Positions 45,912-55,308 are shown, counted from the first letter of the stretch. The stretch is DNA of 64,000 nt from Chromatiales bacterium (GCA_020445605.1 JAGRGH010000037.1:108354-172353), one strand, 5' to 3'. Notes: generated by a model not told the origin, from the sequence alone. Made by a program: numbers and translations.

Positions 45912-48296
45912 ATGTTGAGCTATACCGACGAACGTCGTTCGATTCGCCGCGTGGCGGTGCTGGGCGCGGGGGTCATGGGCGCGCAGATCGCCGCGCATCT
46001 GGCCAATGCCTCGATCGGCGTGATCCTGTATGACCTGCCGGGTGACGGCGCGAATCGCAATGCGAATGTCGAACGCGCGATCGCCGGGCTCGCAAAGCTG
46101 CACCCGGCGCCACTGGCCCTGCCGGAATTGGCGCGGTTGATCGCCCCGGCAAACTACGATGACGATCTTGCCCGGCTTGCCGACTGCGATCTAGTGATCG
46201 AGGCGGTCAGTGAACGCATCGAGATCAAGCGTTTGCTGTATTCGCGCATCGTGAGCCACCTCAAGCCGAACGCGATCCTCGCGAGCAACACCTCGGGGCT
46301 CGGCATCGCGCGACTCGCGGCCGATCTTCCGGACGCGCTTCGGCCACGATTCTGTGGCGTGCACTTCTTCAACCCGCCGCGCTACATGCACCTCGTGGAA
46401 CTGATCGGTCATCCCGGTACCGCGGCGGCCGTGCTGGATCGCCTCGAGGGCTTCTGCACCCAGGTGCTCGGCAAGGGCGTCGTGCGCGCAAAGGACCGGC
46501 CGAATTTCGTCGCCAACCGCATCGGTGTGTTCGCGATGCTGTCGGTGATTCATCACGCCGGTCGGCTCGGACTGCCGCTGGACCTCGTCGACCGGCTCAC
46601 CGGTCCCGGCATCGGTCGACCGAAGAGTGCGACCTTCCGTACGGCTGATGTCGTAGGGCTGGACACCTTCGCGCACATCGTCGCCGAACTCCACGCGACA
46701 TTGCCCGATGATCCCTGGCGATCGGTCTACCAGATGCCGGACTGGGCCAAAGCGCTGATCGATGCCGGCAACATCGGGCAGAAATCCGGCGCCGGCATCT
46801 ATCGGAAGAACGGCAAGGACCTGCAGGTGTTCGACCCGGTGAGCGGCGACTACCGGCGTGTGCGCTCGGCGATGACCGATGCCACGCGCGAACTGCTCAA
46901 CGAACGCGATCCAGTGGCGAAGTTCGAGCGCCTGCTGGCGCTCGACCATCCGCATGGCGAATTTCTGCGCGCGGTGCTCGCTGATCTGTTGCACTACAGC
47001 GCGGTATGGCTTGGCGACATCGCGGCCAATGCCCGAGACCTCGATCTGGCCATGCGCTGGGGTTACGGCTGGCGTCTTGGGCCGTTCGAAATCTGGCAGG
47101 CGATCGGTTTCCAGCGCGTCGCGCAGTGGCTCAGCGTCGAGATTGCGGAGGGTCGAACGCTCGCGTCGGTTGCGTTGCCGGATTGGGCGCGGGACCCGGC
47201 GCGGACCGGCGTGCATTTCCCCGCTGGCTCCTATTCCGCCGCGACCGGGCTCGACGAGCCGCCGTCCGCGCATCCCGTCTATCGGCGCCAGGCCGTGCGC
47301 GAGGGCGTGCTGGGCGCGGCGCAGGATGGCGGCACATCGGTGTTCGAGATGCCGGACGCGCGTCTGTGGCACGCCGGTGACGACATCGCGGTATTGAGTT
47401 TCAGGACCAAGATGCACACCGTCACGCCTGGTGTGATCGAGGCCGGACTGCGTGCCATCGAGGAAACCACGCGTGGGTTCAAAGGGCTGATCCTGTGGCA
47501 GGACAGCGATCCATTCTCGGCCGGCGCCAATCTCAAGGGCGCGATCGAGGCAACCGGGCGCGGAGACCTGGACTATGTGCGGCGGCTGATCGAGGACTTC
47601 CAGCAACTCACCATGGCGCTGAAACATTCGCCGGTGCCGACGGTGGCCGCCACGCGCGGGCTTGCGCTTGGTGGCGGCTGCGAACTGGTGCTGCATTGCG
47701 ACCGCACCGTTGCTGCGTTCGAGACCTACATCGGCCTGGTCGAAACCGGCGTCGGATTGATCCCGGCTGCCGGTGGCAGCAAGGAACTCGCGCGCCGCGC
47801 GTCCGAGCAGACGCCGGATGGCAACGTTCTGCCGTATCTGCGCAGGGTATTCGAACAGGTGGCGATGGCGAAGGTGGCCGGCAATGCGATCGAGGCGCGC
47901 CGGTTTGGCTATCTGCGCGCGACCGATCCAATCGTGTTCAACGTGCACGAGCTGTTGCACGTCGCCCGCGCCGAGGTCAATTCTCTGTACGAAGCCGGCT
48001 ATGTGCCGCCACCGCTGTCGAGTGAAATCGTCGTGGCTGGCGAGACCGGCCTTGGCATCTTCAACGCATTTCTGGCGAACATGCAGGCAGGCGGTTTCAT
48101 TTCCGAGCACGATTACCTGATCGGGTCACGGCTGGCGCGCGTGCTCTGTGGCGGCGAGTTGCCAGAAGGCGCGCGTGTGGACGATGCCTGGCTGCTGCGC
48201 CTGGAACTCGAAACCTTCCTTGAACTCGCGGCCACGCCAAAGACGCAGGCGCGCATCGCGCATACGCTTTCGACCGGCAAACCGCTGCGGAACTGA
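45912..48296 (+). CDS. bifunctional 3-hydroxyacyl-CoA dehydrogenase / enoyl-CoA hydratase (N-terminal dehydrogenase, C-terminal crotonase)
   Basis: 794 aa. It has an N-terminal Rossmann motif (VAVLGAGVMGAQIAAHLA) and a crotonase-fold segment near residue 580 (GLALGGGCELVLHCD). The domain order is reversed relative to E. coli FadB. Confidence 0.88.
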   Translation: MLSYTDERRSIRRVAVLGAGVMGAQIAAHLANASIGVILYDLPGDGANRNANVERAIAGLAKLHPAPLALPELARLIAPANYDDDLARLADCDLVIEAVSERIEIKRLLYSRIVSHLKPNAILASNTSGLGIARLAADLPDALRPRFCGVHFFNPPRYMHLVELIGHPGTAAAVLDRLEGFCTQVLGKGVVRAKDRPNFVANRIGVFAMLSVIHHAGRLGLPLDLVDRLTGPGIGRPKSATFRTADVVGLDTFAHIVAELHATLPDDPWRSVYQMPDWAKALIDAGNIGQKSGAGIYRKNGKDLQVFDPVSGDYRRVRSAMTDATRELLNERDPVAKFERLLALDHPHGEFLRAVLADLLHYSAVWLGDIAANARDLDLAMRWGYGWRLGPFEIWQAIGFQRVAQWLSVEIAEGRTLASVALPDWARDPARTGVHFPAGSYSAATGLDEPPSAHPVYRRQAVREGVLGAAQDGGTSVFEMPDARLWHAGDDIAVLSFRTKMHTVTPGVIEAGLRAIEETTRGFKGLILWQDSDPFSAGANLKGAIEATGRGDLDYVRRLIEDFQQLTMALKHSPVPTVAATRGLALGGGCELVLHCDRTVAAFETYIGLVETGVGLIPAAGGSKELARRASEQTPDGNVLPYLRRVFEQVAMAKVAGNAIEARRFGYLRATDPIVFNVHELLHVARAEVNSLYEAGYVPPPLSSEIVVAGETGLGIFNAFLANMQAGGFISEHDYLIGSRLARVLCGGELPEGARVDDAWLLRLELETFLELAATPKTQARIAHTLSTGKPLRN

Positions 48297-49510
48297 TGAT
48301 GACAGCCATGGCCAAAACAATCTCTGACGCATATATCGTGGATGCCGTCCGTACACCCGTGGGCAAGGCGCCACGTGGCGGGCTGCGGCACACGCGTCCC
48401 GACGACCTGCTCGTGCATTGCCTGCGCGGATTGCTGGCGCGCAACGAAGGCGTCGACCCCGCTGCGATCGGCGATGTCATCGTCGGCTGCGCGATGCCCG
48501 AGGGCGAACAGGGCATGAACGTCGCGCGCATCGCGCTGTTGATGGCGGGGCTGCCGGAGTCGGTTCCGGGCGTCACGGTCAATCGTTTCTGCGCATCGGG
48601 TTTGCAGGCCGTCGCCTGGGCGGCGGACCGCATTCGTCTCGGCGAGGTCGACCTGATGATTGCCGCCGGCACCGAGAGCATGAGTCTCGTGCCCATGGGT
48701 GGTGCGAAGCCGGCCTACAATCCCGCGGTATTCGACGGCGATCACGATCTGGCGATCGCCTACGGCATGGGCATCACCGCCGAACGCGTCGCCGAGCGCT
48801 GGAAGGTCGACCGCGCGATGCAGGATGCGTTCGCACTGCAAAGCCACCAGCGCGCAGTCGCCGCGCAGGCTGCCGGTGCATTCGGCGCCGAGATCCTGCC
48901 GGTGACCGTGCGCGATGCGCGTCCGGACCGACATTCGGCGACGGTCGCCATCGCCGAACGCACCATCGCCCAGGACGAGGGCCCGCGTGCCGACACCTCG
49001 ATCGATGTGCTGGCAAAACTGCGCAGCGTGTTTGCCGCGCGCGGCAGTGTCACGGCCGGCAACAGTTCGCAGACCAGCGACGGGGCGGGCGCCGTGTTGC
49101 TCGCGAGCGAAGCAGGGCTGAAACGGTTTGGACTTCGGCCGCGAGCACGGTTCCTGGGTTATGCCGTGTCCGGCGTGGCGCCGGAAGTCATGGGCATCGG
49201 TCCGGTGCGTGCGATTCCGCAGGCGCTCGCGCTGACAGGCGTACGTCAGGCCGATCTCGACTGGATCGAACTCAACGAGGCGTTCGCCGCGCAGAGCGTC
49301 GCGGTGATCAACGAACTCGGACTGGACCCGACGCGGGTCAATCCGCTCGGCGGCGCGATTGCGCTGGGACATCCGCTGGGCGCGACCGGGGCGATCCGCG
49401 CAGCGACACTGGTGCACGCGCTGGAGCGTGAGAAGCTGCGTTACGGCATGCTGACGATGTGCATCGGCACCGGCATGGGCGCGGCCGGTGTGTTCGAGCG
49501 GGTCAGCTGA
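48296..49510 (+). CDS. fadA: acetyl-CoA C-acyltransferase (3-ketoacyl-CoA thiolase)
   Basis: 404 aa. It has thiolase motifs (VNRFCASGLQA, NEAFAAQ, GGAIALGHPLGATG, CIGTGMG). Confidence 0.93.
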   Translation: MMTAMAKTISDAYIVDAVRTPVGKAPRGGLRHTRPDDLLVHCLRGLLARNEGVDPAAIGDVIVGCAMPEGEQGMNVARIALLMAGLPESVPGVTVNRFCASGLQAVAWAADRIRLGEVDLMIAAGTESMSLVPMGGAKPAYNPAVFDGDHDLAIAYGMGITAERVAERWKVDRAMQDAFALQSHQRAVAAQAAGAFGAEILPVTVRDARPDRHSATVAIAERTIAQDEGPRADTSIDVLAKLRSVFAARGSVTAGNSSQTSDGAGAVLLASEAGLKRFGLRPRARFLGYAVSGVAPEVMGIGPVRAIPQALALTGVRQADLDWIELNEAFAAQSVAVINELGLDPTRVNPLGGAIALGHPLGATGAIRAATLVHALEREKLRYGMLTMCIGTGMGAAGVFERVS

Positions 49511-49527
49511 TTCGGCGTCAAGGTCGC

Positions 49528-50100
49528 GTGGCATCGTCTGCGACGAAACGAAATTCCGCGCGCACACCTGTGCGCAAACCGCCACTCATTTGGCGGTTGC
49601 TGGGCATTGCACTGATCATCGTTGAGCTTTTCGTGCTTCCACCACTGATTTGGGGAAACACTTGGGTCAATTTGCCCGCGGCGGGAATCTGGTTTAACCG
49701 CGATGGTTACCGACCCGCAAGCTTCGAGGTTCAGAAATTCCACGTAGATATCGTCCCGAGCGGCGAAGCGTCCAAAACGAGGAGGTATTTCACCGGCGCG
49801 GTGGATGGCAAGCCCTTTTCAATGAAGACCACTTTCGCGGCCTACCTGCCGGAATTGGTGCCGGTCTTGCAGGTTCAGGAGACCGGTATGCATTCCCTGA
49901 ACACCCGCGTGGACGTGTGGGTCAACCCGGCCATGAGCGGTTCGTGGTTCGCCCGTGAACACGGGCTTGTTCCGCGCGTCCCGGGTTTCTTTGACTCGAT
50001 GCGGGACCGGCTTCTTGTCTATGTGGGTCTCTGGGCGGCGTTTGTTGGGATTCTGCTCGTGATGTGGTGGCTGCCGCGCCGCGCTCGACGAAGGATCTGA
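49528..50100 (+). CDS. hypothetical membrane-anchored protein (orphan)
   Basis: This is track ORF 49459-50100. The GTG at 49528 was chosen to avoid overlapping fadA, so the start is uncertain. Hydrophobic helices occur near both termini. The sequence is visibly more AT-rich than its neighbours. No recognisable family. Confidence 0.4.
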   Translation: MASSATKRNSARTPVRKPPLIWRLLGIALIIVELFVLPPLIWGNTWVNLPAAGIWFNRDGYRPASFEVQKFHVDIVPSGEASKTRRYFTGAVDGKPFSMKTTFAAYLPELVPVLQVQETGMHSLNTRVDVWVNPAMSGSWFAREHGLVPRVPGFFDSMRDRLLVYVGLWAAFVGILLVMWWLPRRARRRI

Positions 50101-50303
50101 ACTTGCGTGAGCCTGTTCATTCAGCAGTGCCAGGCGCACATCGTGGGAACGAACCTGGCAGCCGGATGCTGATCGATCATCGCGTATCGTTCGATTTCGA
50201 ACACATCGTTCAGGCGAGAACGGCTGAAGTCGGTCTCGATGGCGACGACACGTATCCTTTGGGCAACTCTGAATAATCCAGAGTATGCCGCCTCACGAGA
50301 TTG

Positions 50304-51194
50304 CTACCCGGGTTCGGTCCGACGCATCATCACGATGGCCTGCGGCTGTCGCTGCGTGACATAGCCCAACGGCATCTGCGGCGTATTGTGGGCGATGCCG
50401 ATCTCGGCGTCGGCATTCACGGCGATGAGGCCGATTTCTGTGCAGCCGGCGCTCAGCAGATCGCGAACTGCAAGGTCGACGGCCGCTTGCGCGCCTGATC
50501 CGACAGCGATCCGATCAGCCACGCGACGGGCGCTGGCAAGGCGGATCATGTACTCGCCGCGCCCGGTGGCGGAAACCGCAGCGCGGCGGTCGGCGTAGGT
50601 GCCGGCACCCGGGATCGGGCTGTCACCGATGCGTCCCGGCAGCTTGTCGTGCACTCCACCGGTGGAGGTCGCCGCGGCGAGTCGGCCGGTATGATCCAGC
50701 GCCACCGCGCCGACGGTGTTGCCAGCGGTCCGCCCGCCGCCGTCGCTTTGTGCCGCTGCGGCGCGGCGTGCCTGCGTGATCGGGTCGTGATCGGCATGGC
50801 CGTGCTCGCGCGCGAAGCGCTGCGCGCCGGGGCCGGCGAGCAGTACGTGATCGGTGTGGCGCATGACGTCGCGCGCGACCAGGATCGGATTGCGCACGCG
50901 CTGGATCGCCGCCACGGCGCCAGCCTGCATGCCGTCGCCCAGCATCAATGCGGCATCCATTTCGACTTCACCGGCGCGGTTCAGCACTGACCCGGTGCCG
51001 GCGTTGAACAGCGGGTCGTCTTCGAGCACCACAACCGCGGCGACCACCGCGTCGTCCGCGCAGCCGCCGCCAGCAAGGACATTGCGACCCGCCTCGAGCG
51101 CGGTGCGGATGCCATCCAGCACCGCGTCCGGATCCGCATCCCGCCATTGGCCGGCACCGCCATGCACGGCGATCGCCCAGCCGCAGCCGGTCAT
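50304..51194 (-). CDS. isoaspartyl peptidase / L-asparaginase (Ntn hydrolase)
   Basis: Trimmed to the ATG at 51194, giving 296 aa. It contains AIAVHGGAG, LFNAGTGS, the nucleophile region GNTVGAVALD, and GDSPIPGAGTYA. Confidence 0.85.
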   Translation of the reverse strand: MTGCGWAIAVHGGAGQWRDADPDAVLDGIRTALEAGRNVLAGGGCADDAVVAAVVVLEDDPLFNAGTGSVLNRAGEVEMDAALMLGDGMQAGAVAAIQRVRNPILVARDVMRHTDHVLLAGPGAQRFAREHGHADHDPITQARRAAAAQSDGGGRTAGNTVGAVALDHTGRLAAATSTGGVHDKLPGRIGDSPIPGAGTYADRRAAVSATGRGEYMIRLASARRVADRIAVGSGAQAAVDLAVRDLLSAGCTEIGLIAVNADAEIGIAHNTPQMPLGYVTQRQPQAIVMMRRTEPG

Positions 51195-51201
51195 TCGGCT
51201 G

Positions 51202-52653
51202 CTACTCGATGAGCCAGAGCTCGACGAACGCCGGCACCGGCGTGGACGCGAGACGTTCGGCATCCGCGCACAGCCGCGAGATCTTGTCGACCTGGCTCGC
51301 GGACATGCGCCCGGCCAGCGCGCGCTGAAACTTGTCGAGCAGATGCGGGATGCCCTCGGCGCGACGGCGGCGATGACCGATCGGGTAGTCGATGGCGATG
51401 CGTTCGGTCTTGGTCCCGTCAGCAAAGAACACCTGGATCGCATTGCCGATTGCACGCTTGTCCGCATCCAGATAGTCGCGGCTGAAGTCCGCGTTCTCGC
51501 AGACCTGCATCTTCGCGCGCAGCGTGTCGATGCGTGGATCGCCTGCGACTTCGTCCTCGTAGTCCGCCGCGGTGAGCCGGCCGAAGATCATCGGCACCGC
51601 TACCATGTACTGGATGCAGTGATCGCGATCCGCGGGGTTTGCGAGCGGACCGGTCTTGTCGATGATGCGCACACCGGCCTCCTGCGTCTCGATCACGATC
51701 CGGTCGATGTCGCTGAGCCGATCCGCGACCTCGGTGTGCAATGCGAGCGCGGCTTCCACCGCGGTCTGTGCGTGAAATTCCGCCGGGAACGAGATCTTGA
51801 ACAGCACGTTTTCCATCACGTAGCTGCCGAAGTCCTGCGCGAGCTTGAGCGGTTTGCCCTTGAACAGCACGTCCTGCCAGCCCCAGTTCGATGCCGACAG
51901 CGCGGACGGATAACCCATCTCGCCGGTCATCGCGATCAGCGCGAGACGCACGCCGCGCGCGGTGGCGTCGCCAGCGGCCCAGCTCTTGCGCGAGCCGGTA
52001 TTCGGCGCGTGCCGGTAGGTGCGCAGGGCGCCGCCGTCGATCCAGGCGTTGGATACTGCGTTGATGATCTGCTCGCGGTTGCCGCCGAGCATCTGCGCGA
52101 CGACCGCGGTCGTCGCGATGCGCACCAGCAGCACGTGATCCAGCCCGACGCGGTTGAAGCTGTTCTCCAGTGCCAGCACGCCCTGTATCTCGTGTGCCTT
52201 GATCATGGCGCCCAGCACGTCGCCCATCGTCAGTGGGGCCGCGCCGGCGGCCATGCGGGTGCGTGACAGCCAGTCGGCCACGGCCAGAATGCCGCCCAGA
52301 TTGTCCGACGGATGCCCCCATTCGGCCGCCAGCCAGGTGTCGTTGAAATCCAGCCAGCGGATCATCGCACCGAGGTTGAACGCGGCCTGCACGGGGTCGA
52401 GCTCAAAGGCGGTGCCGGGCACGCGCGCACCGCCGCTCATGCCCGCGCCGGGAACCAGCGGCCCGAGCAGCTTGGTGCACGCGGGGTAGTCGAGCGCGAG
52501 CATCGCGCAGGCGAGCGAATCCATCAGGCAGTAACGCGCCGTGTCGCGCGCGAGTTCCGAGTCGACCGGATGCGAGCTGACGTAGTCGGCGATCCGGGTC
52601 AGCAGTTCGTCCGGGTCGGGGCGGGTGGCATCGCGGGTACCGATGTGGCTCAT
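51202..52653 (-). CDS. prpD: 2-methylcitrate dehydratase
   Basis: Trimmed to the ATG at 52653, giving 483 aa. It has the diagnostic block [36 protein letters not shown]. Confidence 0.9.
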   Translation of the reverse strand: MSHIGTRDATRPDPDELLTRIADYVSSHPVDSELARDTARYCLMDSLACAMLALDYPACTKLLGPLVPGAGMSGGARVPGTAFELDPVQAAFNLGAMIRWLDFNDTWLAAEWGHPSDNLGGILAVADWLSRTRMAAGAAPLTMGDVLGAMIKAHEIQGVLALENSFNRVGLDHVLLVRIATTAVVAQMLGGNREQIINAVSNAWIDGGALRTYRHAPNTGSRKSWAAGDATARGVRLALIAMTGEMGYPSALSASNWGWQDVLFKGKPLKLAQDFGSYVMENVLFKISFPAEFHAQTAVEAALALHTEVADRLSDIDRIVIETQEAGVRIIDKTGPLANPADRDHCIQYMVAVPMIFGRLTAADYEDEVAGDPRIDTLRAKMQVCENADFSRDYLDADKRAIGNAIQVFFADGTKTERIAIDYPIGHRRRRAEGIPHLLDKFQRALAGRMSASQVDKISRLCADAERLASTPVPAFVELWLIE

Positions 52654-52816
52654 GGGGTGCTCGCTGATTTCAGAAAAAACGGGATGACGGGAGGGCTCCC
52701 TGCAACAGGGCGCGCCGCGGGGACTACCGTAACGGATCGACCGTCCGCCCGGCATCACAAATTTCAATAGCCACTATGGCGGGGCTCGGCGCGCAGGCCG
52801 GCCCGCGGCGGGGCGG

Positions 52817-53302
52817 TCAGTAACGACCGTGGGTCTTGGTGATGTAGTTGTTGAGTTCGACGAACTGCGAATTCATGCGGTGCAGGATGTCGTGCACCGA
52901 GCGCGCGATGTTCTGCATCAGGCGGTAGACCAGCCAGGGGTCGCGGTCGACGAGTTGTTCGACACTGGCGCGGTCGATGCTGCAAACCGCTGTCGGTTCC
53001 ATCGCGCGCAGGCTCGCCGAATGTGCGTGATCGTCGACAAAGCCAAGCGCACCCGCCATGTCGCCGGGTTTGAGCATGGCCAGGGTCAGGCCCTGGCCGC
53101 CACCGGTATCGCGGGTCACGGCGAGACAGCCGGTGACGACGACATGCACGCTTGCGTCGACCTCGCCTTCGGTCAGCAGCACCTCGTCGCGGACCAGATC
53201 ACGGTGACAGGCGAGCTCTGCGAGCGCCGCCACCTGTGCGTCGGTCAATCGGGCGGTCAGGGGTGAGTGCCGCAGGGCCTCGATCGTAGCCGTCGTATCC
53301 AT
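52817..53302 (-). CDS. cyclic-nucleotide-binding domain protein (no DNA-binding domain)
   Basis: 161 aa. It has a cNMP-binding beta-roll (...GDMAGALGFVDDHAHSASLRA...) and no C-terminal HTH. Confidence 0.78.
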   Translation of the reverse strand: MDTTATIEALRHSPLTARLTDAQVAALAELACHRDLVRDEVLLTEGEVDASVHVVVTGCLAVTRDTGGGQGLTLAMLKPGDMAGALGFVDDHAHSASLRAMEPTAVCSIDRASVEQLVDRDPWLVYRLMQNIARSVHDILHRMNSQFVELNNYITKTHGRY

Positions 53303-53423
53303 GGGATTGGTTCCAGGGGATCAAACCGATCCCCATGCTACCGGGCTACGGCCGGCACGCATTGATCCAGCGCATGCGCAACTCCGGCCAGCCGGGACGG
53401 ACGGACAGGGGCGCGACCTGACG

Positions 53424-53577
53424 GGCTGTTGAATTCTCATTTCAACCGCCTGATCACGCGAGACCGGGACGTCTCGCCCGAAAATCTAACATGCAAGTGT
53501 TTGATTTTCGTGAGCAACCGAAAACCACCCTTTTCGGTCGCGAGGTTGAAAAGGCCATGGAAACGCCTTTTTCAACA
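53424..53577 (-). repeat. core-only copy (B) of the multi-hairpin element
   Basis: The reverse complement aligns along its length with 27524-27678 of copy A, covering the same five hairpins. It begins 6 nt after the recN stop codon. No terminal inverted repeats are present. Confidence 0.72.
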
Positions 53578-53582
53578 ACCCG

Positions 53583-55247
53583 CTAATGCGGATGCGCACG
53601 TTCGAGCATCTCGGCCGCATGTGCGCGGGTCTGCTCGGTGATTTCCGCGCCGCCGAGCATGCGTGCGATTTCACCCGTACGCTGCTCGGGTTCGAGCGTC
53701 TGCACGCTGGTTTCGGTACGACCATCGCGCACCTGCTTGTCGACCCGCAGGTGGGCGTGTCCATGCACCGCGACCTGCGGCAGGTGGGTGACGCACAGGA
53801 CCTGGCGGTTCGCGCCGAGCCGTCGCAGCAGGCGCCCGACCTGTTCGGCGACGCGCCCGCCGACGCCGGCGTCGACCTCGTCGAAGATCAGGGTCGGCAC
53901 GCTCGAGGCCGCCACGGTCGCGACCTGCAACGCGAGGCTGATGCGGGAGAGTTCGCCGCCCGAGGCGATCTTGTGGATCGGACCCGGCGCGTGACCGGGA
54001 TTGGTGGCGACCATGAAGCGCGCCCGCTCGGTGCCGGTCGCGCTGCGCTCGGCGCGCGGTTCGAACTCGATCGCAAGCCGCGCCTGGGACATGCCGAGTT
54101 CGCCGAGCAGTGCCTCGACTTCGGCGCTCAGGCCGAGCGCGGCTTCGCGCCGCCGCCGTCCGAGCGCGGCTGCGAGACCATCGTATTGCTTCGCCAGGGC
54201 TTCGACCTGCGCGCGCAGGGTGTCCAGGCCCTGTTCGCCGGCGTCCAGGTCCGCCAGTTCCGCAGCGAGTTCCGCATGCCGCGCGAACAGATCGCCGGCC
54301 CGCACGCGATGTTTGCGCGCCAGGGTGTGGATGCAGTCCAGCCGCTGTTCTACGGTCTGGATGCGGGCGTCGTCGGTTTCCAGGCGGTCGAGATAACGAC
54401 GCAGGTCGGAGCCGGCCTCATCGAGCGCAATGACTGCGCCATTGACGGTCTGCGCGATGTCTTCGAGCCCGGCATCCAGCCCGGCCAGCTCGCGCAGCCG
54501 CTCCGCCAGGGTTGCGAGCTGCCCGCGCGGGCCGTCGTCCGCGTCCAGCGCGTCCATGGATTGTCCGCCCTCGCTGAGCAGCCGCTCGAGGTTCGACAGC
54601 CGGGCATGCTCCGCACCGAGCTGCTCGAATTCATCGGTGCCGAGGGCCAGTTCGTCGAGTTCGTCGACCTGGAAGCGCAGCAGGTCGCGATGTTCGGCGC
54701 GCGCTTGGGCGGACTGTTCGCGCCTCTGAAGCAGCTCGTTCGCCTGAGCCCACTCGGCAAAGCAGTCGGCGAGTGCCCGGGCTTCGCCCTGCAGCGCGCC
54801 GTAGTGATCGAGGCGACGCAGTTGCTCGACCGGTGCGGCCAGCGACTGGTGGGTGTTCTGGCCGTGGATGTCGACGAGCAGCGCGCCGAGTTCGGTCAGT
54901 GTGGCGATCGGTACCGGCGCACCATTGACGAATCCGCGCGAACGCCCATCGGCGCCGACCACGCGACGCAGCAGGCATTCGCCCTGGGCATCCAGTTCGC
55001 GGGCGGCGAGCCAGTCGAGGATGCCGGACCGCTCGCTGATGTCGAAGACCGCGCTGATGTCGGCGCGCGCGGCGCCGGTGCGCACCGTCGTGCGGTCGGC
55101 GCGCGCGCCCATCGCCAGCAGCAGCGCGTCGATCAGGATCGACTTGCCGGCACCGGTTTCGCCCGACAGCACCGTGAGCCCTGGGCCGAGTTCCAGACTC
55201 TGGCTGCTGACCACGGCCAGATCGCGGATTGCGAGACTGATCAGCAT
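53583..55247 (-). CDS. recN: DNA repair protein RecN
   Basis: Trimmed to the ATG at 55247, giving 554 aa. It has the Walker A motif GETGAGKSILIDAL, a long coiled coil, and the C-terminal SMC signature (SGGELSRISLAL, FDEVDAGVGG). Confidence 0.93.
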   Translation of the reverse strand: MLISLAIRDLAVVSSQSLELGPGLTVLSGETGAGKSILIDALLLAMGARADRTTVRTGAARADISAVFDISERSGILDWLAARELDAQGECLLRRVVGADGRSRGFVNGAPVPIATLTELGALLVDIHGQNTHQSLAAPVEQLRRLDHYGALQGEARALADCFAEWAQANELLQRREQSAQARAEHRDLLRFQVDELDELALGTDEFEQLGAEHARLSNLERLLSEGGQSMDALDADDGPRGQLATLAERLRELAGLDAGLEDIAQTVNGAVIALDEAGSDLRRYLDRLETDDARIQTVEQRLDCIHTLARKHRVRAGDLFARHAELAAELADLDAGEQGLDTLRAQVEALAKQYDGLAAALGRRRREAALGLSAEVEALLGELGMSQARLAIEFEPRAERSATGTERARFMVATNPGHAPGPIHKIASGGELSRISLALQVATVAASSVPTLIFDEVDAGVGGRVAEQVGRLLRRLGANRQVLCVTHLPQVAVHGHAHLRVDKQVRDGRTETSVQTLEPEQRTGEIARMLGGAEITEQTRAHAAEMLERAHPH

Positions 55248-55308
55248 TGGGTGTGAATCGTTGCGGTGAATCGTGAACGGGCCCGTCCGGCCGGGGACCG
55301 GGCGTCGC

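Noticed and set aside
50064-50276. The 70-aa plus-strand ORF, and a minus-strand reading (…VVAIETDFSRSRLNDVFEIERYAMIDQHP…) in the gap after the orphan gene, considered as a toxin-antitoxin or gene remnant.
   Set aside because: There is no start codon or RBS for the minus-strand reading, no recognisable family in either frame, and too little length to judge. It is mentioned only as part of the AT-richer orphan segment.
52654-52816. A possible sigma54 (-24/-12) promoter for prpD at TGGCTATTGAAATTTG on the minus strand.
   Set aside because: The GG is present, but the -12 position reads TT rather than GC at the required spacing. This does not meet the TGGCAC-N5-TTGC consensus.
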